Shown here piece after piece: positions 19,298 to 31,665 of a stretch of DNA of 64,000 bases; the stretch's first letter is position 1, and every line of letters starts with the position of its first letter. Both the position numbers and the translations under genes were made by a program. The notes below the pieces were generated by a model. It searched no databases and was not told where the DNA came from. It saw nothing but the letters and a program-made list of their open reading frames with translations. Origin of the DNA: Snowella sp. (GTDB lineage Bacteria; Cyanobacteriota; Cyanobacteriia; Cyanobacteriales; Microcystaceae); assembly GCA_035285545.1 (NCBI GenBank), contig JAYKGY010000104.1:96001-160000 (forward strand), in the 5' to 3' direction.

Positions 19298-19456
19298 ATG
19301 GCTACTCAATCCCCGACCGCAACCTTAACCAAGCAACCCTATCAAGCCGCTCAACAAGTTGAATATCTTTATTTAGAAGCTGAAATCGATGTTTTATTAC
19401 GTCAGTTGCAATCTTTGAAATCCCAAAAAGTCGAAGCCGTTGCTAGCGCGAATTAG
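19298..19456 (+). CDS. Small conserved cyanobacterial protein
   Basis: ATG 19298; YQAAQQVEYLYLEAEIDVLLRQLQ helical motif. Confidence 0.55.
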   Translation: MATQSPTATLTKQPYQAAQQVEYLYLEAEIDVLLRQLQSLKSQKVEAVASAN

Positions 19457-20783
19457 TCGGTAATTGGCAGGAAGTCGGCAGATCGACGGTAAAGATCGTT
19501 CCTTGATGGAGTTTACTATCCACACTGATTTTTCCCTGATGATTTTCAGCAATTACTTGAGCGATCGCTAATCCTAATCCGGTGCCCCTAGCGGTTTGAT
19601 GACTGCGAGCCGGATCAACTCGATAGAAACGGTCGAAAATATGGGGTAAATTCTTTTCAGGAATCCCCTCCCCGGTATCTTGGACAGTGATATGGAGATA
19701 GCAGGCGCGATCGCGTTTAATTCGTTTCAATGTAACCGTTACCGTTGCAGGTTTGTCCTGACGCGGTTTCGTATATTCCAAGGCATTACTGATCAAATTG
19801 GTAAATAAACGTGCGAGTTGATCCCAATCTCCAACTAACGTAAATAATTCCGCATCGCTTTGTCGTTGCCCTGACTGACCTTCTTCAATATTCAGTGTTA
19901 ACCCAATCCCCTTTTGTTCTGCGGTTAAGCGTTGCTCTTCCATCACTTCTAGCAGGAGCGCGTCTAGGGGAACAGGTTTCGCATCTAGTTGCACGGTTTC
20001 ACTATCGGAACGGGCTAAAAATAACAAATCATTCACCAAATTGCCTAAGCGTTGGGTTAATCGCTCAATCACTTTTAACTGTTGCTGTTGGCGTTCAGGT
20101 TCCGCTTCAGGATAGGCCAACGACATTTGCACATTGGTTTGAATAACCGCAATGGGATTCCGCAACTCATGGGAGGCATCGGCAGTAAATTGTTTTAAGC
20201 GTTGATAGGCTTCCTTAATGGGCTGAATGGCCAAACCTGATAAAAACCAACCGATCGCCGCCACACTACTAACCATGACAATCAAGCCAATTCCTAAATC
20301 CACAATTAACTGCTGAATGGGTTTGGTGACTTCAAACCAGGGATGACTAACCCGTAAATAACCTAAAATCTGATGATTGCGTTCAATGCGTTCTGTCACC
20401 TGTCGCAGTTGGCGATCGCGGGAAAAAGAAACCGTTTCTATTCGTTTATTTAAATTCAAAGAAACTTCAGGAAAATCGCTGAAGGTTGACCACAATAACT
20501 GACCATCGGGGCTAAACCATTCCAAATCAATGTGATCATCTTCTACGCTGTCTGCATTATCCCGAAAACTCGCCGCCACATTGAGACGATAACCATTTTT
20601 ACTAATGGGTTGAATGACCAAAGAGCGATTAACCACCTCGACAACGTGCTTAAGTGTATCGTCAATTCTTTCGACTAGGGTATGACGGACATAAAAGTAA
20701 ACTCCTGTCATAAATAGCAGCAAGAGAATGGCAGTAATAGTCGTGTACCAGAAGGCTAGACGAAGACGGGTCGCTTGAAACAT
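19443..20783 (-). CDS. Membrane sensor histidine kinase (probably ManS/Hik27-like)
   Basis: Two TM helices; H-box DASHELRNP; N, G1, F and G2 boxes. Confidence 0.9.
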   Translation of the reverse strand: MFQATRLRLAFWYTTITAILLLLFMTGVYFYVRHTLVERIDDTLKHVVEVVNRSLVIQPISKNGYRLNVAASFRDNADSVEDDHIDLEWFSPDGQLLWSTFSDFPEVSLNLNKRIETVSFSRDRQLRQVTERIERNHQILGYLRVSHPWFEVTKPIQQLIVDLGIGLIVMVSSVAAIGWFLSGLAIQPIKEAYQRLKQFTADASHELRNPIAVIQTNVQMSLAYPEAEPERQQQQLKVIERLTQRLGNLVNDLLFLARSDSETVQLDAKPVPLDALLLEVMEEQRLTAEQKGIGLTLNIEEGQSGQRQSDAELFTLVGDWDQLARLFTNLISNALEYTKPRQDKPATVTVTLKRIKRDRACYLHITVQDTGEGIPEKNLPHIFDRFYRVDPARSHQTARGTGLGLAIAQVIAENHQGKISVDSKLHQGTIFTVDLPTSCQLPTNSR

Positions 20784-20786
20784 AAT

Positions 20787-21614
20787 TTAAATAGAAGATA
20801 ACAGGCTAGGATTGAGCCACCGTAAAATTTCCGATTTCAACTTCTGTAAATCTTTGGAAAAAGACTCTTTCATCCATTGCCCAACCGCATCAAAGGGAGA
20901 AAAAACCTCGCCTGCTTGCCAGTTAATTTCCTGTCCCAAGGGCGTTAAATGATTACCAGGCAAAGTCCGAAATGCAATCATATTGTTAAACCGCTTCTGC
21001 AAAATAGGATTCAGCGTTAAGGTCTGATCAATGTCATCATTGGTAAATTTAATCAGTAAATTACGGCGAATTTGGTAACGCTGGCTGATTAAATCCGTGG
21101 TTTCTTCAGGAGAGGGCGAAAATTCCAGATTAAAATCCGTATTGATATCAAATTGTTGCTTCAAAGACCCCAACCATTTATCTAACTCTAATTGGGCTAA
21201 TTGTTCTGCTAACGGGATAGCCCGACGAACGGGATAATTATTAAAGGAAATTAAAATATTGCCCGCCCTTTCGACCCCGTATAAACTGCCAATTAGCAAA
21301 TGCAATTTACAGCCCATACTATGACCAATCCCATAAATCGGCAGATAGCCCGTCGGTAAAAGGTTCCTGAGTTGTAAGCGTTCCACAATATTTTCAAAGC
21401 GATTTAAGACACTCCGCGCGATCGCGGTATGGTCGAGGGTATTCACAAAAGGCGTGGCAATAATGGCGTAACCCTGTTTTCCCAGTTCAGCCAAAAGCCA
21501 ACGATAGGTCACACTGGGAGCCGTCCCCACAAAAGCCCCCCCTAAAAAATGCACGATCGCGATGGGTTGTCGGGGAATTAAAACCCAACTGCCGGAAATT
21601 TCTTGCCATTCCAT
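20787..21614 (-). CDS. DUF1350 family alpha/beta hydrolase-like protein
   Basis: HFLGGAF, GHSMG, GNHLTP. Confidence 0.85.
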   Translation of the reverse strand: MEWQEISGSWVLIPRQPIAIVHFLGGAFVGTAPSVTYRWLLAELGKQGYAIIATPFVNTLDHTAIARSVLNRFENIVERLQLRNLLPTGYLPIYGIGHSMGCKLHLLIGSLYGVERAGNILISFNNYPVRRAIPLAEQLAQLELDKWLGSLKQQFDINTDFNLEFSPSPEETTDLISQRYQIRRNLLIKFTNDDIDQTLTLNPILQKRFNNMIAFRTLPGNHLTPLGQEINWQAGEVFSPFDAVGQWMKESFSKDLQKLKSEILRWLNPSLLSSI

Positions 21615-21649
21615 AATGAAATCGCTAGGTTACTACACTGATCAGTTTG

Positions 21650-22600
21650 TTATTCATTAACTATGTTATGGGGAATCCTGTTCTCTTGCTTGGGATCTAT
21701 CACCAGAGCTTCAGGAGGCGGACAGACAAAGGTTAAAACTTGGTTCGTAACCGGATGACAAAATTGTAATTGGTGAGCATGGAGCCAATAGCCACAATCC
21801 CCAGGAACAGGTAATTGCCCATTGAGATAATCTGTTTTAGCAATACCTCCCACTCCATAAAGGGGATCACCTAAGAGCGGATAGCCCATCGCGGCTAAAT
21901 GAATGCGGATTTGGTGGGGTCTTCCCGTCAAAATGCTAATTTCTAATAGGGTTGTGTTTGGGGTTCTTTGTAACACTCGACCTTCACTTCGGGCAAATTT
22001 TCCGCTTGGAGTCGCTGCGTAAAGATAACCCAAGGTGGGATGGGCAACTTTTCCAATGGGCTGATCAACGATAAATTCGTCAGGTAACTCACTTTTTCCA
22101 ATTAAGGCTCGATAAACTTTCTGAATTCGGCGATCGCGCATTTGTTGACTCAGATTCGCTCTAGCCAAAGGCGATCGGGCAATTAGCATTAAGCCAGAGG
22201 TTCCCCGCCCTAGCCGATGAATAGGAACAGGATTTTCGTCAGGGTAGTGTTTTTGCAGTTGAAACAGGAGGGTATGTTCTAGAAATCCGCCGCCAGGTAA
22301 AACGGGCAAACCCGAAGGCTTAGCAACAATTAATAAATCTGCATCTTCATACAATATTTCAAAATTTAAAGGAACATCGGGTTCCTGCCAGGGCGATCGC
22401 GCATAGGTGAGTCTTTGCCCTTTTTCTAAAACCGTTTCAGGGAAAGCTTTTTTCCCATTGACTAAAATTTGTTGATTGATAATGCGACTGTGCCATTCTG
22501 TGCGGCTAGAGTGGGGATAGTGTAGGCAATAATAATCCAGAAGCGTTTGCCCTGCGCCTTGATGATTAACCGTTTCTCGATATGTCCAACCCTGGTTCAT
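21650..22600 (-). CDS. RluA-family RNA pseudouridine synthase-like protein
   Basis: KPSGL, HRLGRGTSG, TGRPHQIRIH; probable start MNQGW. Confidence 0.88.
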   Translation of the reverse strand: MNQGWTYRETVNHQGAGQTLLDYYCLHYPHSSRTEWHSRIINQQILVNGKKAFPETVLEKGQRLTYARSPWQEPDVPLNFEILYEDADLLIVAKPSGLPVLPGGGFLEHTLLFQLQKHYPDENPVPIHRLGRGTSGLMLIARSPLARANLSQQMRDRRIQKVYRALIGKSELPDEFIVDQPIGKVAHPTLGYLYAATPSGKFARSEGRVLQRTPNTTLLEISILTGRPHQIRIHLAAMGYPLLGDPLYGVGGIAKTDYLNGQLPVPGDCGYWLHAHQLQFCHPVTNQVLTFVCPPPEALVIDPKQENRIPHNIVNE

Positions 22601-22839
22601 CTGCCGCGATCGCTGTCTCTCATCCCCATCAGATTCAAGGGTCATCAAAATCCCCATAAACAGGGAGACTGTGAACCCAGATTTTCAGTAAATATTCATT
22701 TTATGGTGAAAATGAAAAATTTTTTACTATTCTCTCTTCCCTTAAGCAACTTTTCAAACACGCTCTTCGGAATGATAACAAAAAGGATCCTAGTTTTCCA
22801 AGACAGTGTTTTTTGTACTGTACCGAAAAGAAAGCCAAT

Positions 22840-23589
22840 TTAACGTTTGAAAACAATCAACCCTAGTAGCAATAGCATCACAGTAAGCGCAGTTATCCAG
22901 ATACTCGGAGTGTCGTTGTTGCGTAACGCGATCGCCCCATAAGCCCAAACAAAAACCAAGACGAAAGGGACATCCCGTAACATCACGGCAATGCTGCCTG
23001 CCAACAGACCGCCCACCACTAACAGGATTGCTGTCCAGATTACGCTGCTTAAGCCCCAACCATCCCAACCAGCAACGTATAGAGCACTAGCTACATTCAC
23101 GATAGTTGCGACTGAGATCCATGCCGTGTAGACGCTAAAAGGAATTTGTACTAGCCAGCGTTGCTTCCAAGAAACTCGACTCTCACCAATGCCGAGATTT
23201 GTGTAGATGCTAAGCAAAGACAGCAAAATTACCAGCATCAGAACAATCGAAAGAGAAAAAAGTTTGAGAGTAAAACAGAAAATCCAAATGATTTGGGCAA
23301 CACAAGCTACAATGAGCAACTTATTCGTGCGCCAAAAGTTTGGATCACGCTGTTGGGCTGGCTGCAACTGGTAGATACCGTAGGCAATCAATCCGACATA
23401 GATCAACCCCCAAATGCTAAAGGCGTAGTTAGCTGGAGTAATTAACACGCCTGCGAGCAGCGTATTGGAGATTTCTCCAACGTTCTGTCCATCAGGGGGA
23501 AAGAGACTTGAAAGGGTGTTAACCAGTAAAGTAGCAATAATAGCGGTAAGCGTTGTGAGGGCAAGGCTTCGCCTAGATAAATTATGCAT
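22840..23589 (-). CDS. TspO/MBR-like tryptophan-rich membrane protein
   Basis: ITPANYAFSIWGLIY; multiple Trp-rich TM helices. Confidence 0.75.
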   Translation of the reverse strand: MHNLSRRSLALTTLTAIIATLLVNTLSSLFPPDGQNVGEISNTLLAGVLITPANYAFSIWGLIYVGLIAYGIYQLQPAQQRDPNFWRTNKLLIVACVAQIIWIFCFTLKLFSLSIVLMLVILLSLLSIYTNLGIGESRVSWKQRWLVQIPFSVYTAWISVATIVNVASALYVAGWDGWGLSSVIWTAILLVVGGLLAGSIAVMLRDVPFVLVFVWAYGAIALRNNDTPSIWITALTVMLLLLGLIVFKR

Positions 23590-23769
23590 AATTTAGACTG
23601 AATTTGCTTCCTTTCAATCTTAGAACACTGTCAAGCAAGTATCGATAAAAGCAAGATTAAACAAGACTTGGCGAAAAAGAGAAAATCTGGGTTAAGTAGG
23701 AAAAAAGAAGAAACCCAACAACATGACAAGTCACAATCAGAGAAATACTACCAAATTCTCTTTTTTTGT

Positions 23770-24492
23770 CTAGGGTTTGGGGGCGATTTCAATACTCTCA
23801 CGCTGACTACGCCCTTCAATTTGATTAACTTCATGGATAACTCTCACTTTAGCGGCTGTGAGATGTTCTGCAATTGCCGCACTGGCTTCTGCTGGATTCC
23901 CTTGCGCGACGGCTTCATAAATGCGGCGGTGTTCAACCCGAACTTCCAAAACATCGGGATTATGTTTCATCGTCTGAATTCGCAGTAGCAGCATTTTGTC
24001 GAAAACCTGCTCCAGGAGAGATACTAACCAGGGATTTCCCGAACTCTGGGCTAAAAGCCGATGGAATTGATAATCTAAGTCCAATAACTCTAAATGGGGA
24101 TTGGCGCGATCGGGGCGAGAGGCTTCTTCTGCCTTAATCACTAACGTGTTCAACCCGTGTAACTGCTCTGATGTCGCCCGAATGGCAGCCCCTTGAACGG
24201 ACAATTGCTCTAGGGCAATACGGCAATCATAGAGTTGAGCCGCATCGGTAGGAGAGATTTTAGCGACTCGCAAGACCCCGTTCCCATCGACTTGTGCCAA
24301 ATTTTCATGTTCGAGTAACCCGATCGCTTCTCGAATGGGAGTTCTACTCACCTGAAAACGCTGGGCAAGTTGGGTTTCCACAAGCCGTTCCCCCGACACC
24401 ATTTCTCCCGACAGAATGGCAGAGCGTAATGCCTGATAAGCACGTTGTTGAAGGGTTTGCTGACGTTGAAGCGGACGGGAAGAAAGGGTCAA
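23770..24492 (-). CDS. GntR-family transcriptional regulator (FCD domain)
   Basis: LVETQLAQRFQVSRTPIREA; DYQFH. Confidence 0.92.
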   Translation of the reverse strand: MTLSSRPLQRQQTLQQRAYQALRSAILSGEMVSGERLVETQLAQRFQVSRTPIREAIGLLEHENLAQVDGNGVLRVAKISPTDAAQLYDCRIALEQLSVQGAAIRATSEQLHGLNTLVIKAEEASRPDRANPHLELLDLDYQFHRLLAQSSGNPWLVSLLEQVFDKMLLLRIQTMKHNPDVLEVRVEHRRIYEAVAQGNPAEASAAIAEHLTAAKVRVIHEVNQIEGRSQRESIEIAPKP

Positions 24493-24665
24493 AACACAAC
24501 TCCTGACAATGCTTGACTAGAAAGGATGTTGTATTAAACATTAGCAAAAAATCGGCATTGCTGAATTACAGTAGGGGTTGGGAGCATTCACTTCTCAATG
24601 GCTTCAGGTGCTAGCTTGTTGCTGTTCGTTCAATTGATCAAAAGCCTTAACCCTTAAAACTTGTC

Positions 24666-25019
24666 CTACATGCGAGAAAGGGCTTTGATTTTAGAAATTT
24701 TATCTTGATCTAATCCTTCCAAATCTTCGGGTAAAAGCCAGCCTTCTTTCATTAAATCGGAAAAAACAAAAATTAACGCCGAGTAACGATAGTCATATTT
24801 TCCATCAATCTGATGTCGCTTGGCATTTAAATAATCGTTGAGCTTCCAGACGGAATCGATGTCTTGTATTTCTGGGGCGTGTTGATTAATGTATTGAACT
24901 AAGCCTTGGGTTTCGCGATCGTAGGCTTTTTTAAATGCTTGCTCGGCAATTGATTTTTCTGAAATTGACCAGGTATTTTCACTCACGGTTTTTTTAAAAG
25001 CGTTAAGGTTTAACTTCAC
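24666..25019 (-). CDS. frp: Fluorescence recovery protein (true start may be GTG at 24986)
   Basis: WS..E...AF..AY.RE and RHQIDGKYDYRYS; directly downstream of ocp. Confidence 0.92.
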   Translation of the reverse strand: MKLNLNAFKKTVSENTWSISEKSIAEQAFKKAYDRETQGLVQYINQHAPEIQDIDSVWKLNDYLNAKRHQIDGKYDYRYSALIFVFSDLMKEGWLLPEDLEGLDQDKISKIKALSRM

Positions 25020-25036
25020 CTAGAATTTTATCAAAA

Positions 25037-25054
25037 AATGTAACAAAATGTAAC
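25037..25054 (-). promoter_or_regulatory. HLR1 (RpaB-binding) direct repeat upstream of frp
   Basis: Minus strand reads GTTACATT-TT-GTTACATT. Confidence 0.7.
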
Positions 25055-25188
25055 GAAATATTCTCATTTAATAACAATCAATAAAAAACGCACCTTACTC
25101 GACCATCCGGCAAAAATAAAATGCGTTAAAAATTGATTGAAATTTAGGTAACAAAAAGTGCACTAAAAACTGACTGTTCAGACATTAA

Positions 25189-26151
25189 TTAACGTCGAAC
25201 GAGGTTTAACAGTTCTTTCGGAGACGCTAATAAATCGATCGCCACAAAGAAGACTTGATTGTCAGGATTGAGCAAGAAACGCCAAGCGATATTCATGCCG
25301 ACACCGGCACCAAACCAGGGCGTTTGAACCTTACCTGTAACTTTAATTTGCGTAAAGCCATCACTTGTCGGCTCAACGACACCCCGCTCAGGAATGAGTT
25401 TGAGGTTTTGACACTCCTCTTTAAAGAATTTGAGGATGGCTTCTTTTCCGACAATAGGACGTTGGAAAGGGGGTTGCAGGGCACCATCAGGGGTAAATAA
25501 CCCAATTAATGCCTCAAAATCGTTAGCATTTAAGTTATCCATGTAACTTAATACGGTTGCATTGGTTACGCCCTCAATAGAAACCTTCGTCCGTTTGGAA
25601 ATTTCAGTCGGAGCCACAACGGGTTCAGCAACGGTTTTGTAGTTGCCCAATTGATTGGGATCAAACCCAAGATCCACAACCGCGTTGCGTAAAACGGTAA
25701 TTTGTTGACCCGCTTCTAATTCTCGGATCGCTTGTAAAACAGCCGCCGCATTGGCTGACAGTTGATAACCTTCGGGAATAGGCGCAACGGTTCCTTCTTC
25801 CATCCATTCCCCTAGTTGATACCAGAAGCCTAATTTAATGTTGGCACTCCAAACCGCATAGGTGCGACAGATCGGGGTGTCGGCATTATTGGCCAAATCG
25901 CACATTACTTGGGTTTGCTCACGGGGAGACATTTTGCGAATCGAGTTTAAGGTAGCTTCCGCCAAAATCATGCTGGCTGCCCCCGGTGCAGCAATGGTAA
26001 TCGATTGTCCCATCTCTAGATAAGCAAACCAGATTAACGCTAGTTTATCTTCAGCATTGAGTTGCTTAAATCGAGCGATCGTTGCTGGTACGGCATCAGC
26101 AGCCAATGTCTCAGGGAAAATACTGCGAGCCGAATCAATCGTAAATGGCAT
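25189..26151 (-). CDS. ocp: Orange carotenoid protein
   Basis: MPFTIDSARSIFP N-terminus; NTF2-like C-terminal domain; 320 aa. Confidence 0.98.
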   Translation of the reverse strand: MPFTIDSARSIFPETLAADAVPATIARFKQLNAEDKLALIWFAYLEMGQSITIAAPGAASMILAEATLNSIRKMSPREQTQVMCDLANNADTPICRTYAVWSANIKLGFWYQLGEWMEEGTVAPIPEGYQLSANAAAVLQAIRELEAGQQITVLRNAVVDLGFDPNQLGNYKTVAEPVVAPTEISKRTKVSIEGVTNATVLSYMDNLNANDFEALIGLFTPDGALQPPFQRPIVGKEAILKFFKEECQNLKLIPERGVVEPTSDGFTQIKVTGKVQTPWFGAGVGMNIAWRFLLNPDNQVFFVAIDLLASPKELLNLVRR

Positions 26152-26183
26152 AATGTCAACCTTTAGCTACATTTCTTCAATAA

Positions 26184-26201
26184 ATCTTAACATAAAGTAA
26201 C
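26184..26201 (-). promoter_or_regulatory. Degenerate HLR1 site upstream of ocp
   Basis: Minus strand reads GTTACTTT-AT-GTTAAGAT. Confidence 0.4.
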
Positions 26202-26611
26202 AATTTTTTACATAAAGCTGATAAAAGTTTCAAATCAGTCCTATAAGTTTTTGTGCAAAAGAGAGTTTTTGTCCATCTGGATAGGGACTTTTCGGACTAA
26301 TTCAAGCTTAACAATGGGTTGGCGGGGAATTGATGCGAATCCTTGCAAGAATGGGCGGGAACTTTTTCGGGGTTGCAATTGTCTGCTTTTAGCCCTAAAG
26401 TACATACAGTTAATGCAAGGGTTATGCTTGAGGCGGCTTGTTTTTTGCTAAATCGCCCTATTCTCTAGTCCAATTGCCAAATCGTACCGCCAGAATTGAC
26501 GCGATCGCCGACCTTCGGGTGAGCGAAGAGGCAAGTATAGATAAACGCCCTGACCCTTAGCAATTTACCGATAAGGAAATTTGATCTCGTTCAGAAACAG
26601 TTCTTACAATT

Positions 26612-28033
26612 ATGTTGCCGTTACTTCCATCGTTCATGGTTGCCCAGATTGTTACCGCCCCGCCCCCTATCACTGAGCAACAGTTTTTAACACAAACCCA
26701 AGAAATACGAAGTTTACCAGGCAAGCTAAATGAAGTTCCTGTTTTCAACAGTAATAGCCCAGAAATCGTGCAAACGGAAGGAATTTTACTCTCCACTTTT
26801 CCGGCTGAGGGGAAGCGCGAACCGAGGGCCCATCTCAATAAACCCCTAAAGGGTCGTTTTGATATCTTTACCCATCATATTTCTCGACCCATTGGTACCA
26901 ATAGAACCTTGTATCAAGGGCTGATCGTTGAAAATCCGACGGATCAATTTGTAACGGTGAGAGTATTGCAGGGAGCGAGTTATCTGACTTCTCCTGATGC
27001 ACCGTTCATTGATTTACCGCCTAGCGTGGAAGATCCCTATGGGCAGGTTTTTTCTGGGCCAGGTTCCCGTTTGATGAATGATATTCTCCGGGGCTATAGC
27101 CAGCCCAAATTCCCCCGCATTGTCACTATTCCGCCAAGGGAAAGCACGATACTGTTTAATTTACCGATTAATCGCAGCAGTGCCCGCTCTACCTACCTCC
27201 GGGTCGAAAGTAGTGGCCCGGTATATCTCGCTAATTTGGCGATGTTTGCGGTTCCAGAGATGCCCCCTGAAGAGATGGCGACAACCGAGAATCAACCGGC
27301 TCCCCCCCTAAGGTTTCGGGAACCTAGCTTGGATGATTGGCGCGGTCTGTTAGCCGGCGGTCGGTTGGTTTACCCTAGAGACAGGGTTCCGACTCCCCCT
27401 GAAAAAATTAATCCAAATGCTCCCAATCGGCCGATCTATGGACGGGTTGCAGGGGTTTCCTTGGGCAGTGAGTGGAAAACAAAGTTAGTCGATAGTCCCA
27501 AGTCTAATTATTTAAGTATTCCTGATCGGGGCAAGGCCTTTTCTTATCCGTTAAGCACGGTGACGGTGGGAACCCAGGGGACACAACAAATTCAAAGTGC
27601 TCCGATGTTGGCTCGGTATCCAGATACGGCTTATTTGGCCCACGGAAACTATGGGGTTCATTATCAATTGACCTTACCCCTGCGTAATCGGACTTCTACA
27701 AAGCAAAGTGTCAGTATTGCGCTGCAAACACCGATTAAACAGGATCAATACAGCGATCGCCTCTTTTTTGTCCCCCGCCCAACGGGTCAGGTCTTTTTCC
27801 GAGGGACGGTGAGAGTGAGTTATATTGACGACCGCGGCCAAAGTCAGAATCGTTATTTTCATATCACGCAACGACAGGGGCAAATGGGAGATCCGCTCAT
27901 TATGCTCAATTTATCGCCAGGGGAACAACGGCAAGTGATGTTAGATTTCCTCTATCCGCCTGATGCAACCCCTCCCCAAGTTGTCACGGTGAGAACCGAA
28001 CAATTATTTTATGGAACGAGTTTGAGAAATTAG
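26612..28033 (+). CDS. DUF3370 family protein
   Basis: FNSNSPE, HGNYGV, YPPDATPPQV motifs. Confidence 0.85.
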   Translation: MLPLLPSFMVAQIVTAPPPITEQQFLTQTQEIRSLPGKLNEVPVFNSNSPEIVQTEGILLSTFPAEGKREPRAHLNKPLKGRFDIFTHHISRPIGTNRTLYQGLIVENPTDQFVTVRVLQGASYLTSPDAPFIDLPPSVEDPYGQVFSGPGSRLMNDILRGYSQPKFPRIVTIPPRESTILFNLPINRSSARSTYLRVESSGPVYLANLAMFAVPEMPPEEMATTENQPAPPLRFREPSLDDWRGLLAGGRLVYPRDRVPTPPEKINPNAPNRPIYGRVAGVSLGSEWKTKLVDSPKSNYLSIPDRGKAFSYPLSTVTVGTQGTQQIQSAPMLARYPDTAYLAHGNYGVHYQLTLPLRNRTSTKQSVSIALQTPIKQDQYSDRLFFVPRPTGQVFFRGTVRVSYIDDRGQSQNRYFHITQRQGQMGDPLIMLNLSPGEQRQVMLDFLYPPDATPPQVVTVRTEQLFYGTSLRN

Positions 28034-28164
28034 TTCCTTTTTAATAACTTCTCGTAAGCGGCGATCGCGTTAAGACCTAGATTTAATCTGAGGATTGACC
28101 CTATCGCCTAGAATTTTATTTAAGTCCTTGTAAATCTTTATTTTCAAAATAGAACAAATTATTT

Positions 28165-28575
28165 ATGGCTGAACTCGAAACCTATGTCCGTATGGCGGAA
28201 GACGAGCTAACCCAATACAGTACGGAAGCCCGGAAAATCGAAAAACTCCGTCGTAAAATCGCCTTAGCGTTGAACTATCAACAACAGCAACAGCTTCGGG
28301 ATGAGTTATTAGCCGTTATGCCCCAGGGCTTTTTTGCTACCTTGGTGGAAAACAATCGTCAATCCGTTGCCCTACCCTTCTGGGGAATTGCTGGTCTGGG
28401 GCTATTATTCGGCATTTCGTTGCAGCAACCGCTAGATTTTATGGCTCCCGCGATCGCGATTCCCTTGGCCATTACCATTCAACAATGGGGATGGAAGTTA
28501 GAAGCCCAACGTTTAGTCTTAAAAACACTGGATGAGCTAGAAAATCGGATCAAGAATCCGAATACAGCTACTTAA
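28165..28575 (+). CDS. Conserved hypothetical membrane protein
   Basis: 136 aa ORF with a hydrophobic hairpin. Confidence 0.7.
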   Translation: MAELETYVRMAEDELTQYSTEARKIEKLRRKIALALNYQQQQQLRDELLAVMPQGFFATLVENNRQSVALPFWGIAGLGLLFGISLQQPLDFMAPAIAIPLAITIQQWGWKLEAQRLVLKTLDELENRIKNPNTAT

Positions 28576-28757
28576 CTGGGTTTTTAGCTAGAATTTTATT
28601 ATTGAGCTTCAATTTAAGCGGCTTTTTAATAATTGAACAACCGTTGAATAGGGGGCAAACCTCAATGCATCTCTTCTCTGCGATCGCCGATCAGATCATA
28701 GGTAATAATAGGAGAGAAATTACTTCATCGTTTAAATAAAGCGAATCTGTTCTCCCA

Positions 28758-29210
28758 ATGTCATTAACTTCCAATGCCCTCCCTGAAAATTTGGCTAAAA
28801 TCGTTGAACGGTTTAAGCGTCATGCCGATCCCAAAAAACGCTATGAACAATTATTGTGGTATGCCAAAAAGCTAGAACCAATGCCAGAAGCGGGAAAAGT
28901 TATTGAAAATAAGGTTCAAGGTTGCGTTTCCCAAGTCTATATCACAGCAGACTTGAAAGAAGGAAAAATTTGGTATCAAGGGGATTCCGATGCCCAATTA
29001 GTAAAAGGCTTAGTTGCCTTATTGATTCAGGGTTTAAATGGCTTATCTCCCGAAGAAATTTTAGCAGTTACACCTGATTTTATTAAGGAAACCGGCTTAG
29101 AAGTCAGTTTAACCCCCTCGCGGGCCAACGGTTTTTATAATATTTTTAATTTAATGAAGAAAAAAGCATTAGGATTCCAATTAGGAGAAAATATCGCCGC
29201 CCCTTCTTAA
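28758..29210 (+). CDS. sufE: SufE-family Fe-S sulfur transfer protein
   Basis: VQGCVSQV, GDSDA, LTPSRANG. Confidence 0.93.
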   Translation: MSLTSNALPENLAKIVERFKRHADPKKRYEQLLWYAKKLEPMPEAGKVIENKVQGCVSQVYITADLKEGKIWYQGDSDAQLVKGLVALLIQGLNGLSPEEILAVTPDFIKETGLEVSLTPSRANGFYNIFNLMKKKALGFQLGENIAAPS

Positions 29211-29219
29211 CCGTTGATC

Positions 29220-29255
29220 TTGAACAAAGCTAAGTGAATAATTATAATCATTCTC
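29220..29255 (+). promoter_or_regulatory. Sigma70-type promoter overlapped by a Fur/PerR-like box
   Basis: TTGAAC-17 bp-TATAAT; AATAATTATAATCATTCTC matches 16/19 of the classical Fur box. Confidence 0.55.
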
Positions 29256-29393
29256 AATCAAAATGAAATCATAAAATGCTTTTATCACAAAGCTTTTAGA
29301 ACTTAGAACGACTATTCCGATCAAACTGATGTCGATTTCAACCTTTCCCCCTTCTATTTCAGTAATCCTGTTACGCTTTTTTGCCTTCCGTAA

Positions 29394-31079
<1,686 letters not shown>

Positions 31080-31386
31080 TGGGCTTTTTAAGAACTTCTC
31101 AATTCCAAAAGACGACTGGGGCAAGGGCCTTTGCTTGAAGAAGGAAACCCCGATCAAACTCGGAAAAAAGCTCTGAAATCCCTTTTTATCGCGTCTCTTT
31201 GACCATGAATCTATCTTTAGGTAGAGGCAGAGAGCTTCAATTTCCAGAAAACTGTGATAAAAAGGAATAATACTCGAAAAATAACAGAGTTAAAACTTTC
31301 TGGTCTTCTAAGCTCTTATCTGTTCCGATAAACTTGGAATCACCTTGACTTCAACTACTTTTCACACGGATTAACCGTTTACATCT

Positions 31387-31650
31387 ATGGAAATACAATT
31401 GATCAACATTGGCTTTGGTAACATCGTTTCTGCCAATCGTGTCGTCGCGATCGTTAGCCCTGAATCTGCCCCCATTAAGCGAATCATTACTGACGCACGG
31501 GAACGGGGTCAACTGGTGGATGCAACCTATGGCCGTCGCACTAGAGCCGTAATCATTATGGACTCTAGCCATGTTGTCCTCTCTGCTATTCAACCAGAAA
31601 CCGTTGCCAACCGCTTTGTTGTGAGCAAAGAAGCTGCCAACGTTAATTAA
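31387..31650 (+). CDS. remA: RemA/DUF370 family protein
   Basis: [13 protein letters not shown]...DATYGRRTR; typical position upstream of gmk. Confidence 0.9.
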   Translation: MEIQLINIGFGNIVSANRVVAIVSPESAPIKRIITDARERGQLVDATYGRRTRAVIIMDSSHVVLSAIQPETVANRFVVSKEAANVN

Positions 31651-31665
31651 TCCCCCATTAGGTTC

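Noticed and set aside
28108..28600. 13-bp direct repeat CTAGAATTTTATT flanking a hypothetical gene
   Set aside because: Low complexity, a near copy also occurs at 25020, and there is no other sign of mobility
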